From the IMG/VR virus record IMGVR_UViG_3300031087_000514: DNA of 64,000 nt; one strand, given 5' to 3'. This stretch comes from a virus (Duplodnaviria > Heunggongvirae > Uroviricota > Caudoviricetes). Position 1 is the stretch's first letter. Every line of letters starts with the position of its first letter. The notes under the pieces are model-generated. The model saw nothing but the letters and a program-made list of their open reading frames with translations. It did no database searches and was not told the origin of the DNA. Below, piece by piece: positions 1 to 9,070 of the stretch. The translations under genes and the position numbers were made by a program.

Positions 1-510
1 ATGAACCAAATTATTACGATTCGTCGGAATCGTAATGAAATTCTTAGGTTTCTTTCTGGCTTGACATTAGCCATGCTGGGTTTCTATGTTGGACGTAACC
101 TTTTCAATCATGGGCATTGGTATGTTACGTTACTTATTTGTTTATGCATCCTTGTTGAATTGTTGGTTATTACGAAATTTCGCGTTTTCAATGTGGGAAC
201 AGGCGATAGCATTCGCATACTGACTAAGGACAGGATTCCAGTTGCTTTTGCATTGGATGATGACAATGTTTCGGAAATCCCAAGCGTTCCTCTTTCAGAA
301 GTAACAGGTATTCTCATGCATCGTAAAAGCGGCCATAATGTGCTCACTTTTCAGGCGGGTCAAAACACTTTCACTCTTCCTGCTTTCACAAAAATGAAAC
401 CAGATCGGTTGAAATATGATGAGCAAGATTTCTTTGCAGAGTTTATTGATGCTTGTCATGTGCCAAATGCTTTACCCGTAAAAAAACAGATGACGGATTT
501 ATTTATTTAG
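1..510 (+). CDS. hypothetical membrane protein (2 predicted TM helices followed by a possible bacterial PH-like region); may be 5'-truncated by the window edge
   Basis: ORF of 169 aa with a hydrophobic N-terminal third; no recognisable catalytic motif. Confidence 0.4.
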   Translation: MNQIITIRRNRNEILRFLSGLTLAMLGFYVGRNLFNHGHWYVTLLICLCILVELLVITKFRVFNVGTGDSIRILTKDRIPVAFALDDDNVSEIPSVPLSEVTGILMHRKSGHNVLTFQAGQNTFTLPAFTKMKPDRLKYDEQDFFAEFIDACHVPNALPVKKQMTDLFI

Positions 511-601
511 GTAAAAAAGAAGCGAAGCAGTACTTGAAAATCACTGCTTTGGATGTCATCCGCCCGAAGGACTGAAACTGCTGAGTTGTTAGATATAGAG
601 T

Positions 602-1630
602 ATGTCTACTGCTACTGTTACGAAATGCTCTAAGCCTAAGGGAGCTTATTGTCGTTTGCATAACCCTGAGCCAAAAGGATATCAGTCAGCTGAGCAGGCT
701 TTGCAGAAGGCGGAGCAAGATTTTCATAAAACACATCCTGGTATTTCCTTTCAGAAGACCGATGAAACTCGTCATTTACCTGAGGGTGTTCCTGAGAAGA
801 TCGCTGACCATATTGCGTTGAGCAACAAGCAGTTAGCTCATTTAAGCGATGAGCAGAAGAAAGCTTTGAATGGTTATACTGGTTTTGCCGCTGGTGTGTG
901 CAATAGTATTCTCATTTCAAACGAATTCTCTTATGAATACTATGATGAAGCTCCATTATGGAAAGAAGCTCCTGGTGGAGCGTGTGACTTTGTTTCTCGT
1001 GAAGACTTAGTTGACTATATGGAAACAATTGACACTATCCTTGCTCCTCGTCAAACAGAACAACGAGTCGTATACCGAGGCATCCCAATTTATTCATCTC
1101 TTCATGATGAGATTGGCGCAAAGATTGGTAAGAAGCTCGCTTTTTCTGATGAAGAAGGGTTGATGGAAGGACTGAAAGCCTATTACAAGCCTGGTACTGT
1201 TATCAAAAACGAGACCTATTTATCTACGACTCATTCTGCTTTCTACGCTGCTGATAGGGCAGGTAATGAAACTGATACTAAAAATGATTTTTACCAGAGA
1301 AAGAAAGTTCCTCTGGGTATTATGTTTGAGCTAAAAACGAACGCTGGGTTAGATGTTACAGGAGCTGCCCGACATAATGCTTATGAACGCGAAGTCGTGT
1401 TACCTCGTGAAACATACTTCAAGGTTGTGAGCGTAGAAGTAAAGCCTGCGAAGTATGATACAGTTTCAGGCTTCGATCACATCAATGACCCTAATGACCG
1501 TGAGGCGGAGACTTTTACAAACCTTGCTGCTGTTGTGCAGATGGTGGAAGTTGACAAGAACGGTAAAGAGATTCACTCGACCCGTCCTCATCATCCAGAA
1601 CGTCAGATTCGTGACATTATCCCTGAGTAA
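602..1630 (+). CDS. ADP-ribosyltransferase, R-S-E class (Alt/Mod-like), with N-terminal C-x7-C-x2-H motif
   Basis: Arg (VVYRGIP), STT (YLSTTHS) and ExE (YEREVVLPRE) ART triad; N-term MSTATVTKCSKPKGAYCRLHNP; GTTAG box at 588-601. Confidence 0.7.
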   Translation: MSTATVTKCSKPKGAYCRLHNPEPKGYQSAEQALQKAEQDFHKTHPGISFQKTDETRHLPEGVPEKIADHIALSNKQLAHLSDEQKKALNGYTGFAAGVCNSILISNEFSYEYYDEAPLWKEAPGGACDFVSREDLVDYMETIDTILAPRQTEQRVVYRGIPIYSSLHDEIGAKIGKKLAFSDEEGLMEGLKAYYKPGTVIKNETYLSTTHSAFYAADRAGNETDTKNDFYQRKKVPLGIMFELKTNAGLDVTGAARHNAYEREVVLPRETYFKVVSVEVKPAKYDTVSGFDHINDPNDREAETFTNLAAVVQMVEVDKNGKEIHSTRPHHPERQIRDIIPE

Positions 1631-1660
1631 TAGCTGAGTGCCATTTGTTAGGGATACAGT

Positions 1661-2692
1661 ATGACTTCCGCTGCTGATTCTCAATGCTCTAAAGCTCCTG
1701 GTGAACATTGTCGTTTACATAATCCTGCATTTCCAGGAGGTTTTCAGCCGTTTAATCAAACGAGAAAACTGGCAGGCAATGTTCCATATCGTTTGGTGGA
1801 GCACGCTAAGGAAAATAGAGAACGGGCCAAGCATTCGCTCAATGAAAATGAAAGAATTGCAGTAAGTCATTACCCGCATGGCTCTACGGGTAACTTCATA
1901 TCAAAGCTATTACGTAACCCTAATATGGACGTTACTTACCAAAATGAGCGTCCTTCATGGTTAGTCGAACATAGAAGCGTTGAAGCTTTCAATTCCAGAG
2001 AAGAGTTAGTAAGTTATATAGAAACAATGGACACAGCTTTATCTCAACGCACAGAGAATAATCGTATTGTATATAGAGGAATTGATTTTGAATCGGTACG
2101 AGAGCAAATCATAGCAGAGTATGGTAATCCTATTACTGATAACAAACAAGAATGGGATAAAGCTGTTAGCAACTTTTATCACAAAGATAGACTGTTCGCT
2201 TTTTCTAATTACACATCAACAACCTTAGCTCCTACTTATGCCGCTGGATGGATGCCTCCCGGAGAAGATAATAAATCTTATCGTGGAGTTGTTTTTGAAC
2301 TGAGTACTAATGCAGGTCTTGATATTACAGGGCTTGGAGAAAACAGTAGCTATGCACATGAGCGAGAAGTGTTACTTCCTCGTGACGTTTATTTCAAAGT
2401 AGCCAATGTGCAAATAGCTCCTCCGAAATACGATACCCGAGCAGGTATAGAAACTATGCATGAATTAGGGGCCGAATTACAAGAGCATAAGCCTTTTTGG
2501 GGAGATATCGCTGCTGTCATTCAAATGGTAGAAGTTGATAAGCATGGTAACCAGCTCACTCCTGAGGCAAGAGTTCAAAAACACGTTCCTGAAAGAACCT
2601 CTGAGCAGTCTGTTCCTGTTGAGAAACCAGCATCTTCAGAGATTTTCTTCAAAGAATGGCTAAAAGGCTTGAAAAAGCGAAAAAATAAATAA
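1661..2692 (+). CDS. ADP-ribosyltransferase paralog (tandem duplicate of 602..1630)
   Basis: IVYRGID, YTSTTLAP, HEREVLLPRDVYFKV motifs; N-term CSKAPGEHCRLHNP; GTTAG box 1647-1660. Confidence 0.7.
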   Translation: MTSAADSQCSKAPGEHCRLHNPAFPGGFQPFNQTRKLAGNVPYRLVEHAKENRERAKHSLNENERIAVSHYPHGSTGNFISKLLRNPNMDVTYQNERPSWLVEHRSVEAFNSREELVSYIETMDTALSQRTENNRIVYRGIDFESVREQIIAEYGNPITDNKQEWDKAVSNFYHKDRLFAFSNYTSTTLAPTYAAGWMPPGEDNKSYRGVVFELSTNAGLDITGLGENSSYAHEREVLLPRDVYFKVANVQIAPPKYDTRAGIETMHELGAELQEHKPFWGDIAAVIQMVEVDKHGNQLTPEARVQKHVPERTSEQSVPVEKPASSEIFFKEWLKGLKKRKNK

Positions 2693-2702
2693 TGAAAACA
2701 AA

Positions 2703-2748
2703 ATAAGGGGCGAGACTCGAATGAAGTCTCGCCCCTTATTTTGTTTTT
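2703..2748. terminator. bidirectional rho-independent terminator
   Basis: 13-bp GC-rich stem aaggggcgagact/agtctcgcccctt followed by ttattttgttttt. Confidence 0.8.
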
Positions 2749-2974
2749 AGCTTCGTATTTTCCGCTTGTTGGCTTTGTCTACAAGCTTGTTGTATTCAAC
2801 GACTTGTAATAACGCTGCGCGGAGAGCGTCTTCCAGGAATGCGCCGTCCTGGTTGCGGTAGTCTGTGGTGACTGTGATGTGCTCACCATTCACAGTGAAA
2901 CGAATGAAGTTCGCCTCTGGACGCTGTGAAGCGGGAGCGGTCTTGCCGAGATGGAGTGTTACGTTTTTTGACAT
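2747..2974 (-). CDS. hypothetical protein (75 aa)
   Basis: ORF between two terminators/intergenic regions; no motif. Confidence 0.45.
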   Translation of the reverse strand: MSKNVTLHLGKTAPASQRPEANFIRFTVNGEHITVTTDYRNQDGAFLEDALRAALLQVVEYNKLVDKANKRKIRS

Positions 2975-3179
2975 GGTTATCCTTTCAGTTGGTGGTAATT
3001 GACTGAAAAGATAAATTTGTTATCACATGTCGTTTATTGTAGCACTTTCTGTAAGGACTCGTCAAGAGTCATCCAAAAGTATCGGCAAGAATTCTTAAAC
3101 TTAGTACAGTGTAAGCTTTCTCTCCTGAAAAAGATTCTTGCGATACGATAGATAAAGTACACGTCAAAGGAGAACTGAC

Positions 3180-3449
3180 ATGACTTATCAAGGATTACAT
3201 AACGCCGAAGCATACGAACGTGCAAAAGAAGCTGAGGAGAATGCCGCTCGAGATGCTTTAATTGCAGCTGCTCGTAGTGAACTGACGTGGGAACCGATTT
3301 CGCTGGAACAGTTTTTGTTCAGAGTGGCAAAGCATGCGCAGGTTGATTTACTTGCTGCGAAACGAGCTTTATCGTACCTGAGAAGCTACAATGAGGCTGA
3401 CTACGTGTTCGGTGTTGGAGTGACCAAGAAAGTCCGTCAGAATGGCTGA
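3180..3449 (+). CDS. hypothetical protein
   Basis: ORF with AAAGGAG RBS 8 nt upstream. Confidence 0.5.
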   Translation: MTYQGLHNAEAYERAKEAEENAARDALIAAARSELTWEPISLEQFLFRVAKHAQVDLLAAKRALSYLRSYNEADYVFGVGVTKKVRQNG

Positions 3450-4035
3450 GAGCAAAAAGGTAAAAATTCCTACTGCTGGGTATTCATCTGAACTGATTCC
3501 TAAAATCTTCTTAGTTTTCTCTGCTGTGCTTCTTCTTATCGCAGCATCTATAGGGCACCCTTTTGACCTTGGCTGGACTATTGTTGCTGCTCTGAACTTC
3601 GCTTTGCAAGCAGGGATGCTCATTTGGACATTGTTTTTCAAGTCCACACTTACTGTTGAAGTCGTTGACGGTAAACCTGTTGCGGTGCGGGAGAAGAAAC
3701 AGCGGATTCTTTTGTCAGAGGTTACGAACATTCAATGGAAGAAGATTGGTCGTTCTTTCCAATTACATCTTACTAAACCTGGTTCAGATGATGAGATGAC
3801 AAGTAAAGCAGTTATCTATTTGAGTGGTGAATCAGGTGCACATTTGGTTCGCAAGAATAAGCTTTCGTTACTGAGTGAAACAATGCAAGCTACATCAGCT
3901 CCTCGTTCTGGCATTGAATATAAGCATGAGAAGCCAGCGTATTTCTTCCCTGACCAGGCTGATTATCAGTGGGGACAGACAGCTTCTCTTGGAGCAAATG
4001 AAGCGATAACCGAGCTGGGTCGGTACGTCAAATAG
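3442..4035 (+). CDS. membrane protein (2 TM + soluble PH-like C-terminal domain)
   Basis: Start overlaps the previous stop; two hydrophobic helices near the N-terminus. Confidence 0.5.
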   Translation: MAESKKVKIPTAGYSSELIPKIFLVFSAVLLLIAASIGHPFDLGWTIVAALNFALQAGMLIWTLFFKSTLTVEVVDGKPVAVREKKQRILLSEVTNIQWKKIGRSFQLHLTKPGSDDEMTSKAVIYLSGESGAHLVRKNKLSLLSETMQATSAPRSGIEYKHEKPAYFFPDQADYQWGQTASLGANEAITELGRYVK

Positions 4036-4065
4036 TCAGAACTTTTGGGTTCTCTGATAGAATAG

Positions 4066-4479
4066 ATGATTATGATAGATTTCAAAGACATCAATGTAGG
4101 CGATAAGATTGAACTGGTGTTCAATAATGGAGACCGTATTAGTGGCGAAGTCACAGTGCGAGTAATTTCAGATACTATGCGCTTACAGACATTATTCGGT
4201 GGTGACACGTTCATCTCTGTTCGTGAAGTTAAAGAAATCAATGTTCTGACTCCTCGGGTGAATAAGGAACCTTTTGAGCCAGAAGGCGAAGGCTACATTT
4301 GGGGATACGTAGACTTAGGAAATGTTCGCCATGCCGTCTACCGTTCTCCTGATAAATGGTGGAGCTACAAAGGCAAGATGGGTTCATGGGAGCGTCTGTA
4401 TGACAAGGTAACGGATGACAACTACGATAAGCCGTTTACTTTTGTTCGTCTGATTGAAGCTGAACCTGACACTGAATAA
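4066..4479 (+). CDS. hypothetical protein
   Basis: ORF, terminator immediately downstream. Confidence 0.5.
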   Translation: MIMIDFKDINVGDKIELVFNNGDRISGEVTVRVISDTMRLQTLFGGDTFISVREVKEINVLTPRVNKEPFEPEGEGYIWGYVDLGNVRHAVYRSPDKWWSYKGKMGSWERLYDKVTDDNYDKPFTFVRLIEAEPDTE

Positions 4480-4492
4480 GTTATGTCGATGA

Positions 4493-4538
4493 AGCGCTTA
4501 ATCCAGCAGCTTGTTGGATTAAGCGCTTTTCTCTTTTC
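4493..4538. terminator. rho-independent terminator
   Basis: 14-bp stem aagcgcttaatcca/tggattaagcgctt followed by ttctcttttct. Confidence 0.8.
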
Positions 4539-4601
4539 TGAGGTGTTTCACAGAACATTGCTATGGTTTATATACGTACAAAAACAAGTTAGGGGAAAAC
4601 C

Positions 4602-5543
4602 TTGGTAGGTTTTATCATCTTCGCTATCCTCGCAGTCGTTGCGGTGGTTGTGTGGCTTAGATCAGCAAAGAAAAGCAACAAGCTTCAAACACGTGTCTCA
4701 GGTGGTGTCGCAGCAGCCTTAGGATTAACAGCATTCGGTATCCTGTTTGCTCATAGCGCATACACACAGGACCCAGGTGAGGCTGTTGTTCAGCGTGACA
4801 CTATTACAGGTAAGATTGTTGGTCAGACCGTTACAGAAGGTTTGTACTTCAAAGCTCCTTGGGTTGACACAGTGATGTTCAACATCCGTAATCAGAAAGT
4901 TTCCTTCGCTGGTAACGCTCAGTCTGGTTATGCTGACAATACTGGTGGAGCTGCTGACGGTTCACAGATTACTGTTCAGGACGCTGATGGTGTTTCTTCT
5001 AACATTGATATCACTTTACGTTACTCTATCAAGGGTGACTCTGTAACTGAGATTTACCGTCAGTTCAAAGATGAGGAGAACTTCAAGAACTCTTTCATCA
5101 CGCAGGACATCCGTTCAGTGGTACGTAACGTCCCAACGAAGTTCAGCACTCTTGACTTGATTACTCAACGTGGCAAGATTGAGAAGCAGATTCTTGATTC
5201 CTTGGAAGACCGTTGGAAGAAAGAGGGAGTTGTCATTGACTCCATCAGCTTGCAGGAAATCCGTGTCCCTGACAGCGTTCGTGAAGCATATGCGAAAGCA
5301 CAGGAAGCTCAAATCAACGTTGAGAAAGAACGCTCTAACCTTGAAGCAGCGGAAGTCTCCGCCCAGCAGAAAGTTGCTAACGCAACAGCTGAAGCGAAAG
5401 CTAACAAGATTCTAGCCGCTTCCTTATCTGACCCTGTTTTGAAGCAGCGATACCTTGACGCTCTTTCCGAACTTGGTAAAGACGGTAATGTCGTGGTTGT
5501 TCCTGAAGGATTCAACGGAATGTTGAACCTTAACAAGAAGTAA
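4602..5543 (+). CDS. SPFH/band-7 (prohibitin/HflC-like) membrane protein
   Basis: N-terminal TM helix, SPFH-like core, C-terminal coiled-coil Ala/Glu/Lys-rich region; TTG start with AGGGG RBS and GTTAG box at 4588-4601. Confidence 0.6.
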   Translation: MVGFIIFAILAVVAVVVWLRSAKKSNKLQTRVSGGVAAALGLTAFGILFAHSAYTQDPGEAVVQRDTITGKIVGQTVTEGLYFKAPWVDTVMFNIRNQKVSFAGNAQSGYADNTGGAADGSQITVQDADGVSSNIDITLRYSIKGDSVTEIYRQFKDEENFKNSFITQDIRSVVRNVPTKFSTLDLITQRGKIEKQILDSLEDRWKKEGVVIDSISLQEIRVPDSVREAYAKAQEAQINVEKERSNLEAAEVSAQQKVANATAEAKANKILAASLSDPVLKQRYLDALSELGKDGNVVVVPEGFNGMLNLNKK

Positions 5544-5556
5544 GTAAAACGTTATA

Positions 5557-5600
5557 GAAAATGGCAGAACCTGTAAATTCAGGTTCTGCCATTTTCTATA
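5557..5600. terminator. bidirectional terminator
   Basis: 18-bp stem agaaaatggcagaacctg/caggttctgccattttct. Confidence 0.8.
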
Positions 5601-5613
5601 AACTGTATCGTTA

Positions 5614-6194
5614 TCAACGTCTACGTGGTGTACGCCGAGTTCTTCTCCGAGACTTCACTCTGGTTGACTCAGCGGCGAAGGCTCTCCATGCGAAGTATTT
5701 CATCATAGTAGGAGGGAACGGTTCAGGGTTTGGATTTGACCGGCATTTCTTCACAACAGTAATAACGCCATTATCGTACTCCCAAAGCCCACATCCCTCA
5801 GGTATTTCTTCAGGAGTGAGCAAACCTTTCGGAGTTAAGTACACAAATCTGTTCACAACAGATTTCCATGCTCGTCTTTTATCTTCGGTATCACGCCGAA
5901 AATCCGCTTTGGAAACTTTCATTTCAATAGCAGTGATAGCTTGACCTTCAAACATGAGGAAGTCAATTCGTCGTGTGAGTTTCGCATCCTGCCAGTTGTA
6001 TCCATCAGGAACCTCAGCATCGTAATCAAGCCCTGACTTGTCATAAATGCGCTTCATTCGTGGGTTACTCAACGCATGGGCAGCTCGGGAAAGTCTTTCA
6101 GCATGTAAATCAGGCATTGTTACTTCTGTAAGAATAGCTGCTTTGTTATGTTTCGCGCGAAGTGCTGCGTAGAAAATCTCTTCTTGTTCTCTCA
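5614..6194 (-). CDS. putative PD-(D/E)xK-family nuclease-like protein (MmcB-like)
   Basis: D...E-x-K pattern (IDFLMFEGQAITAIEMKVSKADF); Arg-rich C-terminal tail; start chosen at ATG (MREQEE) downstream of the terminator of the preceding gene. Confidence 0.4.
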
Positions 6195-6198
6195 TTAA

Positions 6199-6243
6199 CC
6201 TAAAAATCCCGATAGTTGCGTATACTCTCAACTATCGGGATTT
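6199..6243 (-). terminator. rho-independent terminator for minus-strand gene 6257..6883
   Basis: 15-bp stem aaatcccgatagttg/caactatcgggattt; U-run on minus strand (plus taaaaa). Confidence 0.7.
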
Positions 6244-6256
6244 AGGCTGCCTGTGA

Positions 6257-6883
6257 TTAGGCGTTGTAAATCTTGTCGTATTCTTTCTCAATGATGTTCT
6301 GGTGCTCAAACTCATCGTATCCGCGTTCTTCCCAAGCCTGCTTGACATCCTCAGCAGTGATGGTCTCTTTCTGTGGGAGAAGATGTCCGAAGCAGTAATC
6401 AAGTCCACCGTCTTCATCGTTTGAGGTGAGTTCGTCAAACTTCTCACCGTAATGCCATGCTCCATCCGTGTACCAAAGAACTAAGCTCGTCGCAAAGACG
6501 TTAGTCCCGTCAGGGAGTTCAACATTCAAGCCCCAGTAATTCTCTTCCTGGTTAGTAGCAAAACGAAGCAAATGCTCAGGGGTTCCTTCATACAGCGCTT
6601 CCTGCTGAGGAGCCTCCTCATCAGTGCCGTAGAAGTTTGTTGAGACTTCGTGGTCATAAACAAGAACCAAAGCGTCATCGTCAACAAAGAACATCTGCAA
6701 TGTCTGCCCGCCACCGTCATCCCAGTGAGCAACAGTAGCGCCTTCAACAGTAGTGAACAGCTCATCAAAGCTGTATGAGCTACCAACTTGGCTGTCAATA
6801 GCGGCTGTCAGTTCAGCTCGCTTTTTCAGTTCAGCTGGAGCTGGAAGGGTTTCAAGAAACTTTGCAATTTTTGTCTCAGTCAT
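6257..6883 (-). CDS. hypothetical acidic protein
   Basis: ORF with AGGAG RBS on minus strand. Confidence 0.55.
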   Translation of the reverse strand: MTETKIAKFLETLPAPAELKKRAELTAAIDSQVGSSYSFDELFTTVEGATVAHWDDGGGQTLQMFFVDDDALVLVYDHEVSTNFYGTDEEAPQQEALYEGTPEHLLRFATNQEENYWGLNVELPDGTNVFATSLVLWYTDGAWHYGEKFDELTSNDEDGGLDYCFGHLLPQKETITAEDVKQAWEERGYDEFEHQNIIEKEYDKIYNA

Positions 6884-6939
6884 GTTGCTCCTATCGGATG
6901 TTTTTCGGTATGTCTATAAAGCTATGGTATCATACTTAC

Positions 6940-7215
6940 ATGAGATTCTTACTCCCACTTATTTTCGTTATCGTTGTAGCATTCCTGGCTTGGGCTGCTT
7001 TCAATTTCATTCGTGGTTCTTCATCTGGTTCAGGTGGGAACAGAGGTGCAGGCGGTTCGGATGGAGGAACCTACACGAATAACTTTACCAGTGATTCCTC
7101 AGACAACCATCACAGCGGCCATTACGGAAGCTCTGGCGGTGGTGACTTCGGCGGAGGAGATTCAGGCGGTGGAGACTCTGGTGGGGGCGACGGTGGTGGC
7201 GGAGGAGGCGACTAA
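6940..7215 (+). CDS. small membrane protein with Gly/Asp-rich repetitive tail
   Basis: MRFLLPLIFVIVVAFLAWAAF TM helix then (GGGD/S) repeats; start uncertain (6862/6910/6940 in frame). Confidence 0.45.
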   Translation: MRFLLPLIFVIVVAFLAWAAFNFIRGSSSGSGGNRGAGGSDGGTYTNNFTSDSSDNHHSGHYGSSGGGDFGGGDSGGGDSGGGDGGGGGGD

Positions 7216-7229
7216 GCTTCTCACCATTA

Positions 7230-7282
7230 AATAGTTGAAGGCGGTAACAGCGTGATGTTGTTACCGCCTTCAACTATTTAAT
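7230..7282. terminator. bidirectional terminator
   Basis: 20-bp stem aatagttgaaggcggtaaca/tgttaccgccttcaactatt. Confidence 0.75.
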
Positions 7283-7742
7283 ACTCAGTGCGAGTTGTGC
7301 TTTCTTTCCACACATTGAAAGGACTTACAGCATTTTCAATTCTCAGATGCTCAGCAACATCTCCAGCTGCAAGCTTCTCGTAGAACGCTGCGTCATCAAA
7401 GCCAGCATCAGCTGCATCATGGCGGTCAGCAGCGAACACAATGCGGTCAACACGTGACCACAATGCAGCGCCTAAGCACATGGGACATGGCTCACAGGAA
7501 GAGTACAGAATGCATCCTTCCAGACTAAACGTTTCCAACTGACGGCATGCTTCACGAATAGTATTCACTTCTGCATGCGCAGTCGGGTCATTCGTTGTCG
7601 TAACCGAATTACCGCAAGCGATTACTTTGCCAGACGGAGTGACAATAACTGCTCCGAACGGCCCACCATTACCTGAATAGACGTTATCCATTGCGATACG
7701 AATAGCAAGCTGGATGTAGTAACCATCGTAGTCGTCATTCAT
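7278..7742 (-). CDS. CDA-fold nucleoside/nucleotide deaminase (TadA/guanine deaminase-like)
   Basis: HAE ... PCxMC zinc-binding motifs; start ATG overlaps the ligase stop as ATGAATGA (alternative in-frame ATG at 7766). Confidence 0.65.
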   Translation of the reverse strand: MNDDYDGYYIQLAIRIAMDNVYSGNGGPFGAVIVTPSGKVIACGNSVTTTNDPTAHAEVNTIREACRQLETFSLEGCILYSSCEPCPMCLGAALWSRVDRIVFAADRHDAADAGFDDAAFYEKLAAGDVAEHLRIENAVSPFNVWKESTTRTEY

Positions 7743-8865
7743 TGTCATCACTCTCCACTTTGCCATTCAGGTTCCAGAAAGGCTTTTCAAACTCGGGCTG
7801 GATAAGCTTCCAGATGCTGTCAGAAATCTTCTTCTCAGAAGACTCATTGTAGTGACCACCGCTATGACGGCTGAACAGCATACCTACAAGCTTCTTATCC
7901 TGCTGCTGCACTGCAAAAGCATAGTCCTTCTGAGTGAAGTCATCAGGAAGAGAAGTAATTACGCTGTTATACGTGTTCTCTACTTCCTCACGCAGAGCAG
8001 CGAACTCTGCCAGAAGGTTGTCACGGGTGCGCTCAACGAAGTCAATGAACTCCTCAGGAAGGTCCTTCAACCAGCTGTCAAAGTCGTTACCACTGACAAG
8101 CATCTCCCAGATACGACGTGAAGATGCGCCAGTGATGATGCGATGAAGCTGAACGTAGTCGGCCTGCTTAATCTTCACACGAGTGTCAGTGTTCAGGAAG
8201 TGCACAACCAGACCCTCAGCGTTCTCACGCGGAGTTGCAGCAAGCGCCTCAGCAAGGTTCGTGTACTGGAACTGCTCAACCTTGTTCCACTTCCACTCAT
8301 CAATCTGAGATGCAGGCTCGCTGATACCAGTCTCAATGTTTACACGGGCAATCAGGATAAGGTCATCCATCTCACCATAGTTCAGCACAATACGGTTGGT
8401 CGGGTAGATAATCTCCCAAATGTACGTGTAGCCCTCAGCAGGCTCCCACTGACCGTCATACAGCTCCAAGTAACGCGCTGTTGCATGCTGAGCCTGCTCA
8501 GAAGCAAAGGAACCACGAGTGGAGATGTTCAGCGTGCCATCAGGAGTGCGGTAAGAGATACCCATGCTACCGTCAGCCTTATCGGAGACAACAGCAGGGC
8601 CAGTCAGAAGAGCCTGGTCAACATCAGGCTCGTTGTGGTTGAAGAACTTACCCAGAGGACGGGAAACAATTTCCTTTGTCTCAGCGTCAACAATAAGACC
8701 ACGTGCTGCCAAAGTTGCAGGGTTCCAAGCGCGCTCAAACTGAGCGACCTGTGAGTAGTCGTAAATCTCCAACGGCAGAGTAGGGTGTACCTGCTTATTG
8801 ATGTGCTTTGCTGCGAATGCTGCATCCCACATTTCCTTTGGAGCAATGTCATAGATAGTTGACAT
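7735..8865 (-). CDS. RNA ligase (nucleotidyltransferase superfamily)
   Basis: Motif I KADGS, downstream EGhVhK-like motifs; paralog of 18503..19741. Confidence 0.7.
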   Translation of the reverse strand: MSTIYDIAPKEMWDAAFAAKHINKQVHPTLPLEIYDYSQVAQFERAWNPATLAARGLIVDAETKEIVSRPLGKFFNHNEPDVDQALLTGPAVVSDKADGSMGISYRTPDGTLNISTRGSFASEQAQHATARYLELYDGQWEPAEGYTYIWEIIYPTNRIVLNYGEMDDLILIARVNIETGISEPASQIDEWKWNKVEQFQYTNLAEALAATPRENAEGLVVHFLNTDTRVKIKQADYVQLHRIITGASSRRIWEMLVSGNDFDSWLKDLPEEFIDFVERTRDNLLAEFAALREEVENTYNSVITSLPDDFTQKDYAFAVQQQDKKLVGMLFSRHSGGHYNESSEKKISDSIWKLIQPEFEKPFWNLNGKVESDDNE

Positions 8866-8959
8866 GAAATAGTGTCTTTCTGTGTTTCTTCAATGGATCA
8901 ATTCGTACTGATAATAGCAGATATAAGCATCTTCGTCAACTGGTAGGAGGTCTTTCCTG

Positions 8960-9046
8960 CTTTGACAATGCCTGAACTGATATACTTTAGTAGCAGTAGT
9001 GATGTGACAATATTGTCACATTGGCCTCATGCAACAATATTGTCAC
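8960..9046. promoter_or_regulatory. divergent intergenic region with repeated palindromic operator-like sites
   Basis: Perfect 16-bp palindrome GTGACAATATTGTCAC at 9004-9019, second copy gcaACAATATTGTCAC at 9032-9046, half-site TTGACAATG at 8962-8970. Confidence 0.4.
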
Positions 9047-9070
9047 TTGCAACCTATTGGAAAGGCTATC

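Noticed and set aside
8143-8754. 203-aa plus-strand ORF
   Set aside because: Antisense to the RNA ligase gene 7735-8865; no RBS or motif.
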